Assembly: GCA_965287045.1 (NCBI GenBank)
Contig: OZ336885.1
Coordinates: forward strand, 13,330,001 to 13,394,000
DNA: 64,000 nt
Origin: Carcharhinus amblyrhynchos
Lineage: Eukaryota
Direction: 5' to 3'
Shown: in pieces, positions 13,092 through 24,151 of the stretch
Numbering within the stretch: position 1 is the stretch's first letter
Layout of the letters: each line of letters starts with the position of its first letter
Notes under the pieces: model-generated
What the model was told of the DNA's origin: nothing
What the model saw: only the letters and a program-made list of their open reading frames with translations
Database searches by the model: none
Position numbers and translations under genes: made by a program

Positions 13092-13365
13092 GGGTAGCGC
13101 TTCTGCCTCACAGCGCCAGGGATCCAGGTTCAATTCCCAGCTAGGGTCGTTGTCTGTGTGGACTTCTCCCTGTGTCTTCGTGGGTTTCCTCCAGGTGTTC
13201 CGGTTTCCTCCCACAAATCCGAAAGACGTGCTGGTTAGGCACATTGGCCATGCTAAATTCTCCTTCAGTGTACTCGAACAGGTGCTGGAGTATTGCGATG
13301 AGGGGATTTTCACATTAATTTCATTGCAGTGTTAATGTAAGCCTACTTGTGACATTAATTAAAAA
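13092..13365 (+). mobile_element. HE1/V-SINE-type SINE, alternative-tail variant
   Basis: CTGCCTCACAGCGCCAGGGA..GGTTCAATTCC head; central GTGGGTTTCCTCC..CCGGTTTCCTCCCAC; tail TAATGTAAGCCTACTTGTGAC. Confidence 0.85.
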
Positions 13366-14329
13366 AGTGTGAAATATGTTCAGTCATTGCAATGTTTCAG
13401 TAGTGAAATGTGGTATATTAAACTGTACCTTCATGTTCTCATCTATTTGCAACTGCAGTTATCATGTTTGAATTTCCTGTGAAGCATGTTCAAAAAGTCA
13501 CAGACAATGGCCTTCCTTTGTCACCATTCAACCCAACCCAGAAAAGATTCACATTGTCCTGTTCTCTACTTTACATGTAGTTTTCAAAGAATTGAAAAAT
13601 ATTGCTCCAGTTTTAAATTCTGTCAGAAGACTTCTTTTGGCTGCAACATAAGGGAAAAATATTATGGAGGTAATTTTAACACAGTGCAATTGTGCAAGAC
13701 TGGTAATATATTGGCAATCCATTTTATAGTTCAGCTGATTTTTATTTTCACTTACTTAATAAAAATAAACATGAAGAGATATCAAAAGGCCAGTCAATTG
13801 GCTATCAGCCGAATCACTCTATTGCACAAAGTCAATTATCCCTCATGTATTTCAAATTAATTTTGTCTCCGAACAGAGTGCAGAGGCCATTAATGCAAAG
13901 AAAATGCCTGTTTTGTTATTAGGAACAATTCATACTTCGAAATTTAAATGTAAAGTTAGATTGCTTGTAGTTTAGAGTGCATCATCCAGCAGTGTGACCT
14001 AATTACCAAGTGAGAAAATTTGCTAATGAGTAACCAGAGGCACTTGATGACCTCTTTGGATGGAAAATGTCAAATAAGAAATATTTGTACACTCTTTTCT
14101 CAGAAAGCAAATTAATGTTTGGATTGAAAGAGTATGTTGTATATTTAAAGTTAGCTTAATGAAACAGTCATTTTCTTAAAAGTAACGCATGCTTTAACAA
14201 GACATAAAACCCTATTTCAAGTTAGCATAAACGATGATAGTCAGGGCTAATGGGGGCAGGAAGGAGTCTAGTTGATTGCAATTTTCAGATCAGGATCTAA
14301 TGCCCTCATTGGGCCAGATTGAAAATATT

Positions 14330-15468
14330 GGGTGCAATTCTCCCATCCTGCTGCGTTGCATTTGTAGCACAACGGGCCAGGAGACTTGAGCGGAAGCCAC
14401 TACAAAGGCTCCCTGCTGGATGCCACGGCTTCCATGTGTCACCCTGCGTTGGATTTCTGGTGCCGTCAGCTCCGTGCCAGAAATCGGTGCGGAGTTGTAT
14501 AATGTATTCAAATGAGTATTTGAATATAATTTGCATCCTATTAGCCGGCCTGAGACTGAAACTTCCGGATCCGGTATCGCTACCACCTCCCCCTCCCCCC
14601 CCCCCACCCCGCTTCCAGGAGTTGTTCATTCCACTGGAGCTTAATGTAGCTCCTCTTGTGGGGGGGCTAACAGCCCGACCCAGCTGGAATGAATGGGGGT
14701 TAATTGAGGCCTCCCCCCCACCGCCCCCCGCCGAGAGTCGGGCACCAGTGGTTACCCCTTGGGCATTGCCACCTTGACAGTGCCAGCCTGGGCTCCCTGT
14801 CACCACCCAAGGGGCAGTCAATGCTTAGGCAGCATCTTGGCATTGCCCATTAAGCATCAGGTAGTGCCAAGAGGCAGGGCCTAGTGAGGAGTGGAATCTG
14901 ATGGGGAGGGGGGTGATCAGTGGGTTGAGGGTCCAGCTGCAAACCGAGCTGAGTTACAGAAGGAAGCCAGTGATCGGGGCTGGCCATCGGGGCGGGGGGA
15001 TGGATCAGCCTTCTGAGGGGGGCCGGGACTGCAGGGGGGATATTGGGACTGTTTTGGGAGGAGGATTGGGAGATCGGGGTTGTGCGGGGGTGGGATCCTC
15101 AAGGCAAGCTGGGGCAGGGGTGTTTGAGACTGGCCTGGGCATATCTGGGGAGCCAGTGATTGGGCTGTTGGGGGCAGGGGGGAGGATTGCACCGTGATGT
15201 GGGGATCGCGGGGTTGGCCAGCGATCAGGCTAATCAGTGATCAGAAGGTCGACAGTGAGTATGAGGCCCACTAAGAACTATGTTGACAGCCTCGTGAGCA
15301 GGAATAGGACTCAGCCCCTGATTTTTAGACTGATTCACACTAGTGCACTCCGTGGTGCACAGAGTGTGGGAGATTCATTTTGAAACTTCCACTGAAAAAA
15401 ACCAGTAGGATTTACTCCAGTTTCTACACAAATTCGACACTTAGAATTTTTTTGGGAGAATCGCCCCC
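14330..15468. mobile_element. Non-autonomous PIF/Harbinger-like DNA transposon
   Basis: 16-bp TIRs GGGTGCAATTCTCCCA / TGGGAGAATCGCCCCC (14/16); 3-bp TSD ATT at 14327-14329 and 15469-15471; GC-rich interior. Confidence 0.8.
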
Positions 15469-15702
15469 ATTACCTTGAGGCTTGGCTGAGGAGCAGTAGT
15501 GGCTTCCTGGGCAATGGAAGCCTATTGGGAACTGGAAGAGGCCCACCAAGTTTAACTTTATCTTTTTTTAGGTTTCTTTTTGGGTCAAGCGAAGCTGGGG
15601 TGTGCCTCTGGATTCTACAAGGAAATCTTCCATCTCTGCTGTTCCAACATCTTCTCTTCAAACTGCAACACCAGGTTAAAGTCCAACAGGTTCATTTGGT
15701 AG

Positions 15703-15738
15703 CACAAGCTTTTTGGAGTGCTGCTCCTTCATCAGGTG
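15703..15738 (-). ncRNA. Minimal hammerhead ribozyme motif, core mutated
   Basis: Reverse strand reads cac-CTGATGA-a-ggagcagcactcc-AAAAAGCTT-gtg; GAAA lost. Confidence 0.65.
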
Positions 15739-15760
15739 AGTCATGCCAAGGGGGCAGGGC

Positions 15761-15792
15761 CTGATGAAGGAGAAGCGCTCCGAAAGCTCATA
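15761..15792 (+). ncRNA. Minimal hammerhead ribozyme motif, intact core, stem I lost
   Basis: CTGATGA-a-GGAG aagcg CTCC-GAAA-GCTC; palindromic AGCT in place of helix III. Confidence 0.75.
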
Positions 15793-16048
15793 CTACCAAA
15801 TAAACCTGTTGGACTTTAACCTGATGTAGTGAGACTACTTACTGTGCCCACCTCAGCCTAACGCCGGCATCTCCACATCCAAACTGCAATTACTTGGATA
15901 TACATTTAAGGTGTCATTGTCAACAGAGCTATGAAGTAAGAATTGAATGTTGAAATTAGGCTGATAGCTCTTTGTTGCGCAGCAATGTACAACACTCCAG
16001 GCCTCTATGGATAGGGGTACAAAGCTCCCTGTGGAAGATGGGTCACAA

Positions 16049-16552
16049 TGTGGAGATGCTGGCATTGGATTGGGGCAAACACAGTAAGAAGTCTCACAAC
16101 ACCAGGTTAAAGTCCAACAGGTTTATTTGGTAACACAAGCCATAAGCTTTCGGAGTGCTGCCCCTTCATCAGATGAGTGAAAGTTCTGTTCACAAACAGG
16201 GCATATAAAGACAAACTCAATTTACAAAATAATGGTTGGTATGCGATTCATTACAAGTAATCGAGTCTTAAAGGCACAGACAATGTGAGTGGAGAGAGGG
16301 TTAAGCACAGATTAAAGAGATGTGTATTGTCTCCAGCCAGGACAGTTAGTGAAATTTTGCAAGCCCAGGCAAGTCGTGGGTGTTACAGATGTGACATGAT
16401 CCCAAAATCCCGGTTGAGGCCATTCTCATGTGTGCAGAACTTGGCTATCAGTCTCTGCTCAGCGACTCTGCATTGTCATGTATCATGAAGGCCACCTTAG
16501 AGAATGCTTACCCGAAGATCAGAGGCCGAAGGCCCGTGACTGCTGAAGTGTT
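16049..16552 (-). mobile_element. Penelope-like element 3' end (GIY-YIG C-terminus plus pLTR)
   Basis: Reverse strand HFSSHGPSASDLRVSIL*GGLHDT..RVAEQRLIAKFCTHENGLNRD; same terminus as the 55535 copy. Confidence 0.85.
16141..16175 (-). ncRNA. Minimal hammerhead ribozyme motif, best-preserved copy
   Basis: Reverse strand cat-CTGATGA-a-ggggcagcactcc-GAAAGCTT-atg; stems I and II can pair. Confidence 0.75.
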
Positions 16553-16589
16553 AATTAAGGACGTCACAGACAGAGGAGTCACAGCTCTG

Positions 16590-18460
16590 GAGTGCATTAA
16601 TTTTTAATTGCTTTTATTTATAGTGCATTTTATGCTTAAAGTTCCATCTTCACTGATGCTCTCTTGGTGACCCTAAAACTTGTTGATCTTCCGTGGCCTC
16701 CAGCTACGTCTAAGTGACCTCCCAGGATGTACATCAGAGATGGAGGCGGTCAGCTGTGTTTAATACCCCATGGCCTTTGATGCCCTGCAGTGCCCTGGCC
16801 AACTTTTGGATACAGCTGTGGCACCCAATTCAGCCAGCTGCTCGAGAGACGTGCTGTCAGGAAGTGAGCTCCAGAAGCCTCTGCAATATCTGGTGCTGCC
16901 CAACAGGATCTGCACCATGGTTTGTGACTTTTCAACGATAGCCCTCTGAATTTGGACCAAGCTCTGGAGCTTATCTGCAGTTACCCTTTGAGACTGGGCC
17001 ATGGTCTTGAAGCCTGCAGCCATGGCCCATACTCAGAGAACCAACCTCTGGAATCCCATGCTCTGTGTAAATGCAAAGAAGGGATGAGTATCTGGGCAGC
17101 TTTTAACTTACTTGCGAAAGGTTGGAATGGATGAATGTTTTGTGGATCCTCTATGTCAGATCTGCCAATCTGCCAGTCACTCACAGCCTCTCAGGTACCT
17201 CCCCTGAGAGCTCTATTGCTTGCTCTTCTAAGAGAGTCAGGAACCAGAGTTTGTGGGTTCCACCACTTGTTCCCTTTGATTATGCGCCGTCTTCTCCTGT
17301 GGAGACATAAAGGAATGATTGACAGTTTGATGACTGGTGAGCCTGGGATAGTGCAGGGGGAGTAGGTGGGGGATTGTGAATGGGTGGCGTAGCTTGGCAC
17401 CATGTCTTGACAAGCAAGAGATATATATGGGGGTACTGGAATGTCAGAGCTAAAAAGATATTCAGACACAGCATTCTCGAGTGATGGATACTGTATTCCC
17501 TTCTTATTGATAAGGAGAGGATTACTGAAGAATTCATAAGGCTTCTTCAGTTTGCCCTCTTCAATTTTGTACAGTCAATTTTTTTATAGGTTCAACTTCT
17601 AGTAAAGATCATTGTTTCTAGTCATGCACACTGGTAAATTATTTGCATATGATGCAAAGAGGTAAGCCCAAGACAATACCTGTTTATTTGCGTCCCATCG
17701 GTAATGTCATCAGCTTTAGTGGTGGATGGATGGAATATCTGTTCAGACAATAGTTATTTAATAATGCCTTAATCATAGTTTCTGTGCTGTTAGGAAGGAC
17801 ATTCCGCTGTGTCCTGTTGATAGATGAAGTAAAACATCCCCTTTGTCTGTGCTGACTATTTCATGTATATGCAGAGATAGCCGGTCTACAATGAGAGTGC
17901 TGTTAACTTTCCTGACCCCACCCCCCCACCTCCGAATCCAATTCTCCTCTCCCACAGAGGGATTTGAGGAGGCTGCTGGGGCTTGGGCTCTGGACAGCCA
18001 CAGAGTATCAGGGAGTGGGTCAAGATGAACATTCCAGGAATGACGGATGGAGTGATACCAGGAAGAGACAGATGGACACTCATCCTTGCAACCTGAATGA
18101 GGTCATTCATCCTCTTCCGGCATCGGCTGCTGGTCCTTTTTTTCAGACCGTGGGCACTGATTGTCACAACCACAGCATCCGTGGCTGCATTAGAGTCCCT
18201 GCTCCTGGGTCATCTTCCCTCCGGAGGCTACAGGATGGCCAGCTTCTCCTCCACGGCATCCAGCAGTGTCTGAGCTCTCCCTCAGAAAACTGCGGGGGCT
18301 GGTTTGTATGCTGTAATTTTCCTGCCATGACTGGCTGTGAGTCCAGGGTAGCATTCAAATGTCCTCTGCAGGGGAATGTTCCAGCCGGAAGGTGACAAAT
18401 CACCCAATCAACAACTTTTGGGGAATCTCACCTGGGGCTTTTGTAACAAAACATTTCTAG
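16590..18460 (-). pseudogene. PIF/Harbinger Myb/SANT-like accessory gene remnant, fragmented
   Basis: PPQFSEGEL... and KRTSSRCRKRMNDLIQVAR (about 18080-18330) match the Myb/SANT-like domain; downstream heptad-like MAAGFKTMAQSQ segment. Confidence 0.6.
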
Positions 18461-19134
18461 CCCGGCTTCCAGTTATGATGCCATCTGTGGTATTGTGCTT
18501 TTCAGATTTGTAGAGCACAATCTAGCTGGTCATGAAGAACAGCTTCAGATTGTAACACTTCATCATTATCCTGACACATCCTATTATTATTCATAAGATG
18601 GTGCTTTCAATGTTGGTAAAATAGAATGCTTGTGCAATTGGAGAAGGATGAAAGTTGTGTAACTTTTAGAAATTTTTATATTAATTCTAAGCCTGTTGTA
18701 TGATTTTTTTATTATGCTTTTAGATATTTCCTTAATTAAGAGCATAATATTTGAATGTGTAAGTGAAATATACTTCTGAAGGGGAAGTAGTTAAAAAATA
18801 ACTCTACAAAATGTTTCCTTCTGATTTTCCCCTTCATTCTTCACCACCACTGAATTCCACCACTCCACTGAATGGCCACCATTTACCTGGAAGCACAGAT
18901 ACTGAATGCCAGCTGTCATCCATAGGGTGGCAGCAGTACAGAGCCCTAACCTGACATGCGCACATAGACATTTTCAAGTACTTGTCAGAAGCAGGAACTT
19001 GGTCAGAATGGTATTCATCCACAGTGCAGCATCGCTAAAGACAATTAAAATATTCTTGCTGTAGCCACAGTTAAATTCAGCTAAATCGACAATGACAAAA
19101 AATTGAACCTGGAACTTCTCTGCATGACTCATAC

Positions 19135-19203
19135 TGTAAAAAGTCACAACACCAGGAGACTTCTTACTGTGTATACCCCAGTCCAATGCCGGCATCTCCA
19201 CAT
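19135..19203. mobile_element. 69-bp Penelope pLTR micro-insertion with inverted junction
   Basis: AAGTCACAACACCAG (minus) joined to GAGACTTCTTACTGTG...GGCATCTCCACAT (plus); 12-bp TSD CATGACTCATAC (19123-19134, 19204-19215). Confidence 0.85.
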
Positions 19204-19300
19204 CATGACTCATACCGGCCACAGTGGAAACTTTCAAAAATTCCCTTACATGAAATAAAGCTTAAAAATTCACTGACCAAATGGAGGCCTTACAATTTTG

Positions 19301-20260
19301 GGCAGAATTCTCCTATTTTGAGATGAAGTGCAGTATTACACAACTCTGACAAACCTGCCATGCTGAACAGAATGGTGGGATCTTGCACCAGATTCTGCAC
19401 TTGGAACCTCATCAATTATGTACAAGTGCATTTCCTCGGAGTCACCTGGAAGACCAGCAGCTGATTTGTCCACCCACTACAGTCAGCTGGTGGCTTTGAA
19501 GATCTTTAAGTCTAGCACACTCGCATCACTCTCTCCAGCCCACTTGTTATCACCCAGAGCACACAGGATGTCAGCAACCCAGAGGAAAAAGGCTAGCAGC
19601 CTCAGAAAGATGTCTGTTCCTTGATTTAACCACTCTCTCCTCCAAGCCCATCATCTGCGAGGCACCCATGCCCCACTTGGACATCGACCCAAAACTGGAG
19701 TCTTTGTACATCCCCTTCCACTAAACAATGTGATATCCCTTTGACTTCCTTGTTTGTGAGCTTTTCATGCAGCCTTGTTGGGTTCAACCTTCTTCCACTC
19801 GGTCCCGAACTCCAGGCACTGTACTGATCTGACTTGATGACACAGGAGGTTCATGGGTCCGGTAGCATGGTGCTGTCCATGAAGAGCAGCTTGGCATGGA
19901 GATGGAGGCTAGAAGCGGTCTGCCCTGGCACAGTAGTGAACAGCACATCAGGAGCAGTGCAGCACTTTGGCAGTGAGTTGTTGCACTCACCCTTAAGTCT
20001 TTGGTGAAGTGGGTACTGCTTTGTGCACACCACTCATTAGCAATTGGGGTTGACGTAAAAGTCTACTAGCATAATGCAAGATTGAATGGCATGATGGGAT
20101 TTGGGCAGACAGCTGTTTTAAAGGGGATTCGTGAGATAGAAATGAATGTAAATGGTGTTTGCACCCCCTGCCAGCGGGAAAACAAACTAACATTCAGCCA
20201 CCATTGCGAGAATTGTAACATGATATTATGCCAGCAGATTTTAGACTTTGTGGCACCCGG
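19301..20260. mobile_element. Degraded Harbinger-like element
   Basis: Begins GGGCAGAATTCTCC, like the 14330 TIR; right end uncertain. Confidence 0.4.
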
Positions 20261-21271
20261 TAGGTGAACTTATAGATGCAGTCTGATCTGCTGAATATTT
20301 CCAGCATTATTTTCTGGTTTTATTTCATATTTTGAATCTCTTGGCGGTACATGATACAATTTTGAAATTTCCAAATGACATGAAACTTGGAAATGCCATA
20401 AACAGTGGGGGAGTGAAGACATAGACAGGATGGTGAATGGCTGGACACATGGCGAAGTGTGAGATGACATAGTTTGATGGGAAGAATGAGGAAAGATATT
20501 ACAATTAGCTAAAGCAAAACATTTAAAGGAAGTGCAAGAACAAAGAGATGGGAGTGTTTGTGAATAGATCTTTGAAGAAGGAGGACAGATTGACAAAACA
20601 GTCAATAAAATTGACTGTGATTTGTGGCTTTATAAATAGAGGCATCGCAAGAATCAGGAAGTTATGTTAACCAATTAAAAATAAACTCTAGTTGGGCCCC
20701 AGCTTGAGTGTTGTGTGCAATAGTGGCAGAGTTGGATAAGGTTCTTAATTGGCCACTTAAAGGCCCCAATTAGCATCAGGGAGGCCATGGTAGCTGATGT
20801 CTGCACCCCGAAGACTCCACCACCTTCCATACAATTTGGGATGAGTTGCAGGTGGGCAAACAGACTGTCCGCACCATGGATTTTACAAAGCCCTTTGCCT
20901 CCAAACCCACTGGCAGGGGAACATAAAATCCAGCCCATCAAATAGAAGGAAGTCATCGACTGATCAAGTCTGTGTTGGCTGTTTCGAAGAACAATCCAAT
21001 TGTCCAATCCACTCTTCCCCATATCCCACAAATTTTCATCCTCCAAAATCTATACAACTCCCTTTTGAAAACTATTAACTCTGTTTCAGTCACCATATTA
21101 GGCAAAGCACTGTTTCAAATTCATATATTACCTGTACTCAGTTGGCCAACTAAATTAAGTTTGTGCCTTCAGCCAATGGAAGTAGTTTTCTTCATTTACT
21201 CTATCTAACCCTTTATGAGTTTAAACATTTATATTAAACATTCTCTTAGCATTCTCTCCTTTAGGGAGAAG

Positions 21272-21570
21272 GGTGGCACAGTTGTTAACACTGCTGCCCC
21301 AGTGCCAGGGACCTTGGTTTAATTCCAGCCTTGGGCGACTGTCTGTGTGACATTTACATGTTCTCCCTGTGTCTCCATGGATTTCCTCCAAGTGCTCCGG
21401 TTACTTCCCACAGTCCAACGATGTTAGGTTGATTGGTTATGCTAAATTGCCCCTGTATCAAGAGGATTAGCAGGGTAAACATATGGGGTTACAAGGATAG
21501 AGCTTGGGTGCGACTGCTGTCGATGCAGACTTGATGGACCAATGCATTATAGGATTCTATGATTCTATGA
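21272..21570 (+). mobile_element. HE1 SINE within old CR1 fragments
   Basis: GGTGGCACAG..CACTGCTGCC head; (GATTCTAT)n tail. Confidence 0.85.
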
Positions 21571-22074
21571 ACAGTTTTAGGAGGGACATGAAGTTTGAGG
21601 ATAGCACAAAAGAGATTAGAAGAATGATTCCAGGGATGAAAGAATATATAGAAACATAGAAATATTTAAGCCACAGATGGAGGTCATTTGATTTATCAAT
21701 CCATGCTGGCCTACAAAGAGCTAACCAGCCTAATTTCAACATTTTGTTCTTATTTCATAGCCCTGTTGGTTATGACATGTCAAAAGCATATCTAAGTGCT
21801 TTATAATATGATTGGAATTTCTGAATCTGCCATTTTTTCAGGCTGTGAGTTTCAAGCACCCATCACCCCAATGGGTCAATGGCTTTCTGCTATACTAATG
21901 TATGGGCTGGATTTTATCCCCTCCACCAGCTAATAAAAAGGCAAGGCAAAATTCAGCACCTGGGCTGCTTTCCATCTGTTTGCCCTTCTCCAACCTGTTT
22001 CAAATTTATGGGGGCTCTAATGTATGACTACTTAAGAACCAAAATAGAAGTAAGGTGTGATCATTTAATGTATT

Positions 22075-22290
22075 TTAGTAGTGTTGTTTGAGAAATAAAT
22101 GTTGCTATATGCCAGAGGAATTCCACTATTTTTTAAATAGTGCCTTGGATTATTATTTGTCCACCTAAGAAGGGAGATTGGGTCTTGATTTAATATATCT
22201 CCTGGAAGATGAAATAATACTGTAGTTCCTCAGTACTATTTTTTGTTGTCAGTTTTGAACCTGCAACATTCTTACTTAAAGGTGAGAGTG
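22075..22290 (-). mobile_element. Ancient DeuSINE-like (SacSINE1/AmnSINE1-type) remnant
   Basis: Reverse strand AGTACTGAGGAAC...TTAGGTGGAC..AATCCAAGGCACTATTT resembles the Deu domain as recalled. Confidence 0.5.
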
Positions 22291-22626
22291 GGGCCATTGA
22301 GAAAAGGTAGACTGTTCGATGCTTTCCTCCCAGCAGTCTGAGCTCAACTTGTAGATCCCAGAAAAGGAAGGACAACATTTAAAACACATTGCCATACACG
22401 TTACAGACATTACATGAAGCATAGCCTGTGGAATATGACTGATGGTTTAAGCTGAAAATGTGATTTCAACAATTCCATGGACTTACTGAATGATTTGGTG
22501 TTGGGTGTGCTTGGGCTGTGAGACTGTGAATCAGATTATAAGTTGGTTCCATGCACACTCAAGAAAATTGCCTTGCAGTTTGCTTCCTTCCCTACTTAGA
22601 AGTGATACCCAAGGCATTCTTCACCT

Positions 22627-22810
22627 TGGCAGGATTTTCCAGCTGTGCTTCTCCAAAACTGGAAAATTCCACCCTAGGTCAATGGAACTTTGCATGGTCC
22701 ACCGTCTCCTCACCCCCACCCCAGCCCACTATGCCCGCTATGATTCCCATCCCCAGCCCCGCACACCCGCTACGATTCCCATGGTGGGCGAGTCAGGAAA
22801 ACTCCCCCCA
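22627..22810. mobile_element. Short Harbinger-type MITE; relatives near 11425, 36770, 41955, 43226, 56378, 58703, 62350
   Basis: GGCAGGATTTTCC...GGAAAACTCCCCC termini with internal GGAAAATTCCACCC.AGGTCAA. Confidence 0.6.
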
Positions 22811-23507
22811 CTGTGTCCAGTCCTCCAAGGAGGAGTGAAATGGATCTATCCATCCAAAGAGAGATATCTTGTTAAGAACTCTTTTCTTTTCTCAACCTCA
22901 CTCAACTTCAATGTAAGCTGATAATCATAGTCAGACTATTTTTAAAAATTCTTCATTGCCAAATGCAAAGATGCTCATTCTACAAATTAATCTCTTCAGA
23001 AACAAAAGAAGTGGAGGCACATTAGAACATTTTTTCTTCATTTTCATTTAGTATACCCATTTGTATATTCTGTAATCAGAGCAGCTCTGTTTATAGGCGG
23101 ACATCTATCAATAGTTACGTCAGTTTGTCAGTGACATTAGTGGGAAAAGCATACAGTTGGCTCTGTCAAATAGGATATTAAAGAGCAGCCTACATGGATT
23201 AATTCTTAAGCTATTCAACATCGAGTGCCAGTTTTAGTTGGAACTGTCCACTGACCAAAATGAAATTGGGCATAAAGTTTACAAAGTTGTTCACATGCAC
23301 TGCCTCCTGTTAGTCACAGAGGAGAAGTCAGGAAATCTCCTGATGTGTGGTATTAAAGTTGGGTGTATGACACAAGGAACTGATCTAGAGAAAACTATAC
23401 TTTTAAAATATCCCCTTATCCAAAATGGCACCTTACTTCTTGGTGACTAATGGAATAGGTCAGTTCTCTAGGGCTGAGAGCTAGGAGCTGTTTAGGACAA
23501 AGTAAAA

Positions 23508-24151
23508 AGGGTTGAGAGCTTCAAGTTTTCAACTGTCCAGGTCACCAACAACCTGTCCTGGTTCCCCCCATGCCAGTGCGATAGTTAAGAAAGCCCACCA
23601 ATGCCTCTACTTTCTCAGAAGACAAAGGAAATTTGGTATGTCAGCTACTACTGCCACCAACTTTTACAGATGCGCCATAGAAAGCAGTCTTTCTGGTCGT
23701 ATCACAGCTTGGTACGGCTCCTGCTCTGCCTAAGGCAGCAAGAAACTGTAAAACATTGTGAATGTAGCCCAATCCATCATGCAAACCAGCCTCCCATCCA
23801 TTGACTGTGTCTACACTTGCCGCTGCCTCGGCAAAGCAGCCAGCATAATTTATGACCCCACGCACACCGGACATTCTCTCTTCCACCTTCTTCTGTCGGG
23901 AAAAAGATGCAAAAGTCTGAGGTCACATATCAACCAATTCAAAACAGCTTCTTCTCTGCCATCAGGCTTTTGAATGGACCCTACCTTGCATTAAGTTGAC
24001 CTTTCTCTACACCCTAGCTATGACTGTAACACTACATTCTGCACCTTCTCATTTCCTTCCATATAAATGGTATGCTCTGTCTGTATAGCACACAAGAAAC
24101 AATACTTTTCACTGCATTCTAATACATGTGACAATAATAAATCAAATCAAA
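23508..24151 (+). mobile_element. Rex1/Babar-like LINE 3' end
   Basis: KKAHQCLYFLRR..FYRCAIESSLSGRITAWYG; LFHLLLSGKRCKSL; tail AATAAATCAAATCAAA. Confidence 0.85.

Larger units (their letters stand above)
15669..15879. mobile_element. Miniature Penelope-derived inverted pLTR pair
   Basis: Two inverted ~70-bp arms, 20-nt spacer, right arm with extra tail; 10-bp TSD CAAACTGCAA (15659-15668, 15880-15889). Confidence 0.85.

Noticed and set aside
14290-15197. Poly-Pro/poly-Gly ORFs
   Set aside because: Arise from C/G runs inside a GC-rich MITE; no recognisable domain
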